From contig JAAELU010000158.1 in the NCBI GenBank assembly GCA_024226255.1, positions 1 through 62,535 of the forward strand: a DNA stretch of 62,535 bases, given 5' to 3'. Under the pieces are notes generated by a model. It made no database searches and was not told the DNA's origin. It saw only the letters and a list, made by a program, of their open reading frames with translations. Made by a program: the position numbers and the translations under genes. Source of the DNA: a bacterium. GTDB taxonomy: Bacteria > Actinomycetota > Acidimicrobiia > Spongiisociales > UBA5794. Below are positions 57,247 to 62,535 of the stretch, one piece after another. Within the stretch, counting starts at the first letter, position 1, and every line of letters begins with the position of its first letter.

Positions 57247-59862
57247 CTACAGCCCCCCGCCGAAGTGATCGTTGGGCTCAGTCGTGCCGTAGACACCCGG
57301 AGTGTCTTGCGACCACAGCTGGTCCCCATTCTTGGAGAGCCCGGTCGCGATGCCTGGGAAGAGGGCGACCTCTCCGCCACCTTCGGTCTGAGGTGAGCCG
57401 ACGATCAAGTCGAGACGTCCGTCACCGCGGGTATCGACGAAACGCAGCGCCGCACCAAATTGGTCGTCAGCGGCTACCTCACCCTTGATTCCCGCAAGGC
57501 CCTGATGCCACCTAGACACGCTGCCCGAGTCCAGTCCGCCGGCGGACCCGGGAATGACAATGAACAACCCAGCGTCGGCAGCGCCATGGTGCTTCTCCCC
57601 CGACACCCCGATCGCGAGCTCATCGATTCCGTCACCGTTGGCATCACCGGTTGCCAGAGCCTGGCCGAAACCGTCACCGGACTCTCGGGTGCCTGGGATG
57701 CCGTTCTTGCCCTGCGAATAGACCGCGTCTCGCTTGGAGGGTCCCGTAGCGTTTCCGTAAATGACTTGCACCGCTCCGCCGGACCTGAATATTCCGATCG
57801 CGAGGTCATCGAATCCATCGTTGTTGAACACGCCCGTCGCCACGGAGTGGCCGAAGCGGGCGTTGGCGGCGGGGCCGCCCCTAATCCCGGGCGAATCTCG
57901 GTGGACCAAAACGTCGCGGGTCCCGACGCCGGATGCCCGACCAAAAATCACGTGTACAGCCCCGGCGCTGCCCTTTCCACCGACATCCTGGCCCGGAACG
58001 CCGGCGACAACATCGCCGTAGCCATCGCCATCGATGTCGCCGACTGCCACCGAATAGCCGAAGGCATCACCGGATTCGGCGCTGTCCCGGATTCCCAATG
58101 TGTCCTGGTGAATCAACTGCGCGTCCACTGCAGAGAGACCCGAGCCAGAGCCGAATACCGCAGTAACGGAGCCGCCGCAGGCGTTCCCGGCGTCGCAGTC
58201 TTCTGACGCCCCGACCGTCAAGTCGTCATAGCCGTCGCGGTTGAGATCTCCCGCTGCCAGGGCGGTCCCGAACCTATCGCCTCCCTCGCCGCCTTGAGTT
58301 GTGCCGACCCCGAGGTTCTCCTGAGTCCAGAAGTCAGATCCGGCACCACGCAGGCCGCCGGCGCTGCCGTAGAGGACGTGAACACCCTCATCGACCTCAT
58401 TGCCGACCGCCAGGTCGCCATAGCCGTCTCCGTTGAAGTCGCCGCAGCTCAGAACTTCGCCAAAACGATCACCGGCCCCCGGCTGGTTCGCCAGTCCGCC
58501 CGACCCTTGCCGGAAGCTGGTTCCCGTCGAGGGATCCAACGGTCCACTCGAACCGACGAACTCCATCACCACGCCGGCCGCGGCAAATCCCGAGTGGGAC
58601 TCGCCGGGGACGCCAACGGCCACATCGCCGTAGCCGTCACCGTTGAAATCACAATCAGGATTGCGCTCGGACACAAACTTGTACACGTTGCCTTGGGCAA
58701 GGAAGTAGAGCTCACCATGTCCGTCGACACCGAAGGCGGTGATGAAGCCGGGTATCGAGAGGGTCTTGGTCCAATCGATGTGGTTCACAGGCCGACCCTG
58801 CTTCATCCGGAAGCTGCCCAACTCACTGAGGCACCAGTCGGCGTAGAAGTAGTGGCCTCGCAGCCAGGGCAGTTCGTTGCCTCGATAGACGTACCCGCCG
58901 GTGATCGAGCCTCCAGACGGCCCGCACCGAGTACCGGAGTTGCCATGTGGGTACTCGAACACCGGAAAGGTCATGCCGGCGGGAGAACACGGTGAGGTGT
59001 AACAGTTGCTGCCCTCGTACATGTCCCATCCGAAATTGAGCCCCCCGACCCCGGCCGGAATGATGTCGACCTCTTCAATGGCGCCCTGGCCGACGTCGCC
59101 GATGAACATGTCACCGGTCACCGCGTCGAATGAAGTCCGCCAGGGGTTGCGGAGGCCCCACGCCCAGATCCTGTCCGCTCCGGGCTCCCCAATGAATGGA
59201 TTGCCCGGTGCGGCATCACCAGTCGCCGGGTCAATACGCAAGATGGTCCCCAACAGCGTGTTCTTGTTCTGCCCGTTGTTACCAGGATCGCCACCGCCAC
59301 CACCGTCACCCAGGCTGACATAGAGGTAGCCGTCGGGGCCGAATTGCAGCGAGCCGCCATTGTGGTTCGTAAAGGGCTGGTCGCGTGTGAACAGGATTCG
59401 TCCACTGCCGGCATCCGCAATGTTCGGGTTGCCGCTCACCGAATACTCGGCGACGGTGGTGTCTCCGTTCCCCGCGTCGGCGGTGTAATACACGTAGAAG
59501 AGTCCGTCCTCTGCGTAATCCGGAGAGAACGCCAGGCCGAGTAGACCCTGTTCATTGGCGCTGCTCCTGACCGGACCGCTGAGATCAATGAATGGTGTCG
59601 ACAGTTTGACGCCATCTTCGACAATCCGTATCCGACCGGTCTTCTCGACGACAAAGAGTCGATCGTCGCCGGCCGGTGCCGCCAGGTCGACCGCAAGCGA
59701 TAGTCCGGAGGCCACGACATCGAGCCCGACTCCATCCGTCAGGCTGGAGGTGGCAGCCGGCTCCGTCGCTGGAGCGGCTTGCGCCACAGTCGATGTTTCG
59801 GCAGGGATCAAGACCGCGGCGCTCACAAGAGCGGCAGTCAGCAGGGTTCGTGTGGCTCGCAT
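57247..59862 (-). CDS. secreted fusion: PQQ-dependent sugar dehydrogenase-like beta-propeller plus multiple FG-GAP/VCBS repeats
   Basis: Signal peptide, then HNGGSLQFGPDGYLYVSLGDGGGGGDPGNNGQN..LLGTILRIDP (soluble glucose/sorbosone dehydrogenase-like). About 7 repeats of the type DFNGDGYGDVAVG / GD.NGDG.DDL.VG follow. Confidence 0.7.
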   Translation of the reverse strand: MRATRTLLTAALVSAAVLIPAETSTVAQAAPATEPAATSSLTDGVGLDVVASGLSLAVDLAAPAGDDRLFVVEKTGRIRIVEDGVKLSTPFIDLSGPVRSSANEQGLLGLAFSPDYAEDGLFYVYYTADAGNGDTTVAEYSVSGNPNIADAGSGRILFTRDQPFTNHNGGSLQFGPDGYLYVSLGDGGGGGDPGNNGQNKNTLLGTILRIDPATGDAAPGNPFIGEPGADRIWAWGLRNPWRTSFDAVTGDMFIGDVGQGAIEEVDIIPAGVGGLNFGWDMYEGSNCYTSPCSPAGMTFPVFEYPHGNSGTRCGPSGGSITGGYVYRGNELPWLRGHYFYADWCLSELGSFRMKQGRPVNHIDWTKTLSIPGFITAFGVDGHGELYFLAQGNVYKFVSERNPDCDFNGDGYGDVAVGVPGESHSGFAAAGVVMEFVGSSGPLDPSTGTSFRQGSGGLANQPGAGDRFGEVLSCGDFNGDGYGDLAVGNEVDEGVHVLYGSAGGLRGAGSDFWTQENLGVGTTQGGEGGDRFGTALAAGDLNRDGYDDLTVGASEDCDAGNACGGSVTAVFGSGSGLSAVDAQLIHQDTLGIRDSAESGDAFGYSVAVGDIDGDGYGDVVAGVPGQDVGGKGSAGAVHVIFGRASGVGTRDVLVHRDSPGIRGGPAANARFGHSVATGVFNNDGFDDLAIGIFRSGGAVQVIYGNATGPSKRDAVYSQGKNGIPGTRESGDGFGQALATGDANGDGIDELAIGVSGEKHHGAADAGLFIVIPGSAGGLDSGSVSRWHQGLAGIKGEVAADDQFGAALRFVDTRGDGRLDLIVGSPQTEGGGEVALFPGIATGLSKNGDQLWSQDTPGVYGTTEPNDHFGGGL

Positions 59863-59904
59863 AGGCGTGAGCCTAAAACAGGTGGGAAGTTTGCCCTAGG
59901 TGAG

Positions 59905-62016
59905 CTAGACGCCCTCGACCTTTTCGCCGACTAGGGCCGGCGGCAGCGGTTCGAATGCTCCCGCAACGAAGGGACCAACATCGTCGGCTCGCAAAGGCCG
60001 GCTGAACAAGAAGCCCTGCATCTTGTAGCAACCAAGTTCGGCCAGCAGCTTCATCTGGTCGATGGTCTCGACTCCCTCGGCGATGACGTCGAGGTCGAGG
60101 CTTCGGGCCAGGCCAATGATCGCCGCCGGCAACGCCGACGCCGCCGTGTCGTTCTCCGCTACCTCGCTCACGAAGCTTTTGTCGATCTTCAGCTTGGTGA
60201 TAGGGAAGTTCTGCAGGTAGCTCAGGGACGAGTAACCGGTGCCGAAGTCGTCGATCGAGACGTTGACGCCTAGAGAGCGCAGCCTCTCGAGAGTCCGCCG
60301 TGCCAGTTCCGTATCGTCACCGAGAGTGCCCTCGGTCAGTTCAATCTCGAGGAACTCCGGCGCCAACCCAGCATCCTTCAACGCCGTATCGACCGAATCG
60401 ACCAGGTTGCCCCGGCGAAGCTGCCGAGAGGAGACGTTCACAGAGACGGTTAGATCGTCCATGCCGGCGTCGTGCCATTGGCGCAGCTGACGGCACGCCT
60501 CGAAGAGCACCCATTCACCCATCGGAATGATGAGGTCCGTCTCCTCTGCCACGGGCACGAAGCGGTTCGGATAGACCAAGCCGAGTTCGGGATGGTTCCA
60601 CCTGGCGAGAGCCTCCAGCCCGAGTACTTGCCCCGTCGCCATGTCAATGAACGGCTGGTACAGCAGATCGAGCTCACCACCGACGTCGAGAGCACGACGC
60701 AGTCCGTCTATGAGGAACAGCCGCTCCGACGTTTGCTCACGCAATTCCGGGGTGAAGTACTGATAGGTATTGCGGCCGGCAGACTTGGCGCTGTACATCG
60801 CGATATCGGCATCGCGCAGCAGGGAATCGGCATCCTCGCCGTCGATCGGATACAGAGCGATCCCGATGCTCGCAGTGATGTGCAGCTGGCCGCCGTCCAC
60901 GTCGTACGGGACTTCGAGCGCCCGCAGAATCTTGGTGGCCACGTGTCCGGCATCCTCAACGCGCTGATTGCCCTCGAGGACGATCGTGAACTCGTCGCCG
61001 CCGATTCGGGCGACCGTGTCGCTCTCGCGGACAGCATCCTCGAGGCGTTCGGCCACCTGTTTGAGCAGTTCGTCACCGGTCGCGTGCCCAAAGCGGTCGT
61101 TGACCGACTTGAACTCATCAAGATCCAGGAACATCAGGGAGACCAGCCCGCCTTCGCGACGCGCCCGGGCGATCCCATTGGCCAGGCGGTCGCTGAACAT
61201 GAACCGGTTGATGAGCCCGGTCAGCGGATCGAATCGAGCCAGATAGCTCATCCGTCGCTGATCGTCCTCTCGTTCTGAAAGATGAGAAGCAACCTGTTCT
61301 TCCCACCTGCGCCGGGCGGCGGTCGCAGCCGGTCGGAAGAAGAACAGTCCCTCAACAATGAGCACGACGATGGTTATCGACAACAGCACGTACCCCAGGA
61401 CACGCAGGTTGGCGACACGAGCCTCGGCCTCTGTCTGATACCGAAAGACGATCGAGCTCATGGCGGTTTCGTAGAGTTCGGCGTCGGCCGCCAGCTCCTG
61501 GACTTGCTCATGGGGCACAGTCAGGTCCGATTCAGCCAGAACCAGGATTCCACTCGCCCGGGCGACTATCGAGTCGTAGTGCGGCTCGAGAGAGACAAAA
61601 AGGCTGTCGAGGGCAGGCGACAGATCCCCCGGGATGCCCACTTGCTCATCACCGAACTTCAGATCGACATGGGTGCGGGTGAGGTTGCTGAGAGATTCGT
61701 TTAGGGCCGCAGCTGCGATGGCTCCATTGCCAACCTCGAGTTCGCGGGCGGCCTCGGTTATACGCTGGCTGAGCAGGACCTGGTTGGCTGCGGTGCTGAT
61801 GACACCCGCGTCCTTCTCCTGACGGCTCAGGGCCGCAGATGTGAGGATCGTCGACGCGATTGCGAGAAGGCCAATGAAGCTGAGGGCCATCGCATAACGC
61901 CCGAACGGGCGCTGCGGAACAGCGCGCTCAAGTGGGCGCTTGGGGACAACGTCAGCCGTGCGCTGCTCGGTCTGGCCCGTGTGGGCCGACCTCTGCAACA
62001 CGCGATCAGGACTCAT
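59905..62016 (-). CDS. membrane sensor diguanylate cyclase/phosphodiesterase (GGDEF-EAL)
   Basis: 703 aa. TM, helical periplasmic sensor region, TM; then the GGDEF domain (RIGGDEFTIV) and the EAL domain (EALARW, DDFGTGYSSLSYL). Confidence 0.9.
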   Translation of the reverse strand: MSPDRVLQRSAHTGQTEQRTADVVPKRPLERAVPQRPFGRYAMALSFIGLLAIASTILTSAALSRQEKDAGVISTAANQVLLSQRITEAARELEVGNGAIAAAALNESLSNLTRTHVDLKFGDEQVGIPGDLSPALDSLFVSLEPHYDSIVARASGILVLAESDLTVPHEQVQELAADAELYETAMSSIVFRYQTEAEARVANLRVLGYVLLSITIVVLIVEGLFFFRPAATAARRRWEEQVASHLSEREDDQRRMSYLARFDPLTGLINRFMFSDRLANGIARARREGGLVSLMFLDLDEFKSVNDRFGHATGDELLKQVAERLEDAVRESDTVARIGGDEFTIVLEGNQRVEDAGHVATKILRALEVPYDVDGGQLHITASIGIALYPIDGEDADSLLRDADIAMYSAKSAGRNTYQYFTPELREQTSERLFLIDGLRRALDVGGELDLLYQPFIDMATGQVLGLEALARWNHPELGLVYPNRFVPVAEETDLIIPMGEWVLFEACRQLRQWHDAGMDDLTVSVNVSSRQLRRGNLVDSVDTALKDAGLAPEFLEIELTEGTLGDDTELARRTLERLRSLGVNVSIDDFGTGYSSLSYLQNFPITKLKIDKSFVSEVAENDTAASALPAAIIGLARSLDLDVIAEGVETIDQMKLLAELGCYKMQGFLFSRPLRADDVGPFVAGAFEPLPPALVGEKVEGV

Positions 62017-62209
62017 GGATCACCCCTAATTGCGTACTCATTCCGGCCGACGGTGTCCCCAAGCGACCACTTAACGTGGTTGTCGGCATATCTGCGCGAT
62101 CCCTTGAGCCTCAACGGCAATATCCTTGCCCGCCCAGTTTCTGCCACAAGCACGGTGACAACCGGTACTTGAGGCCGTCCGACACGGCCGCCCACTACCC
62201 TGGGCACAA

Positions 62210-62293
62210 GCCCGGATGGCGGAATTGGTAGACGCGGCGGACTTAAAATCCGCTGCCCTTCGGGGCGTACAGGTTCAAGTCCTGTTCCGGGCA
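62210..62293 (+). tRNA. tRNA-Leu (anticodon UAA), class II with a long variable arm
   Basis: Manual fold. Acceptor GCCCGGA/TCCGGGC, D arm GCG-gaattggtaga-CGC and anticodon stem GCGGA/TCCGC with loop CUUAAAA. Variable arm TGCCCTTCGGGGCG, T arm ACAGG-ttcaagt-CCTGT and discriminator A. No CCA is encoded. Confidence 0.9.
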
Positions 62294-62314
62294 CTTCTCT
62301 CGACGCGTCACAAA

Positions 62315-62535
62315 CGCGCGGCTACATACGCCCCCACATGGACACCAGCCGCCGTAGGGCGCCGGTTGCCCTACTCGCGTGGGAGCTTGATAGGTTCAAG
62401 TCCTGTTCCGGGCACATACGCGAGGCTTCGTTAGCGCGCGGCTACATACGCCCCCACATGGACACCAGCCGCCGTAGGGCGCCGGTTGCCCTATTCGCGT
62501 GGGAGCTTGATAGGTTCAAGTCCTGTTCCGGGCAC
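62315..62535 (+). repeat. tandem 120-bp-period repeat (two 101-bp units) each ending in the tRNA-Leu 3-prime 24 nt; truncated by the window end
   Basis: Units 62315-62415 and 62435-62535 differ at one base (62374 C versus 62494 T). AGGTTCAAGTCCTGTTCCGGGCAC occurs at 62271-62294 (in the tRNA), 62392-62415 and 62512-62535. Confidence 0.9.

Noticed and set aside
1-62535. Prophage, integrative element, IS/transposase, toxin-antitoxin, retron, or restriction-modification or other defence operon.
   Set aside because: No integrase, transposase, reverse transcriptase, phage structural, methyltransferase or known defence-domain ORF was recognisable in any frame. The only mobility hints are the non-coding repeats and the tRNA 3-prime duplications at the window edge.

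Overview
This is a high-GC, densely coding chromosomal window of actinobacterial type. That assignment is an inference from content: NucS, LLM/F420-type oxidoreductases, an Eis-like GNAT, a suf operon with a Rieske gene, and the classical men pathway. I support about 50 CDS and one tRNA.

Main blocks, left to right:
- MFS transporter, fumC, and a sufD-Rieske-sufC operon fragment.
- A roughly 16.5 kb block containing an M23 peptidase, a UdgB-like glycosylase, a DUF4015-like lipoprotein, a sigma-70 factor, a wall-teichoic-acid-like cluster, nucS, a beta-carbonic anhydrase and a VOC protein. The cluster holds a Bcs1-like CDP-ribitol synthase, a sulfotransferase-like protein, two membrane-anchored TagF-like polymerases, a TagG/TagH-type ABC exporter and a CDP-alcohol phosphatidyltransferase.
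- sufB alone, then an EamA transporter, gltBD, an Eis-like GNAT and LLM oxidoreductases.
- An EEP protein, an M3 peptidase and a 982-aa GH57-like lipoprotein.
- A menaquinone cluster (menE, menB, menA, menD, menF and a menH-like hydrolase).
- A CBS/BON protein, TerC, a two-component system, an ABC-F ATPase, an MBL hydrolase, a PQQ-dehydrogenase/FG-GAP fusion and a GGDEF-EAL protein.
- tRNA-Leu(UAA) at the right edge.

I found no CRISPR array, integrase, transposase, phage gene or recognisable multi-gene defence system. The unexplained signal is mostly non-coding:
1. tRNA-Leu is followed by 120-bp-period tandem units that each end in the tRNA 3-prime 24 nt and run off the window end.
2. A G-tract/C-tract, strongly hairpinned element of about 270-360 bp with terminal inverted repeats is present twice, in opposite orientation about 20 kb apart.
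3. Tandem heptanucleotide arrays (CAGAWGT, GGTAACT, AGTCAGG) and a double-hairpin REP-like element recur in intergenic regions.
4. sufB is separated from sufD-Rieske-sufC by the 16.5 kb block.
5. The ABC-2 permease of the teichoic-acid-like cluster has conserved N-terminal coding sequence but no canonical start codon upstream of it.
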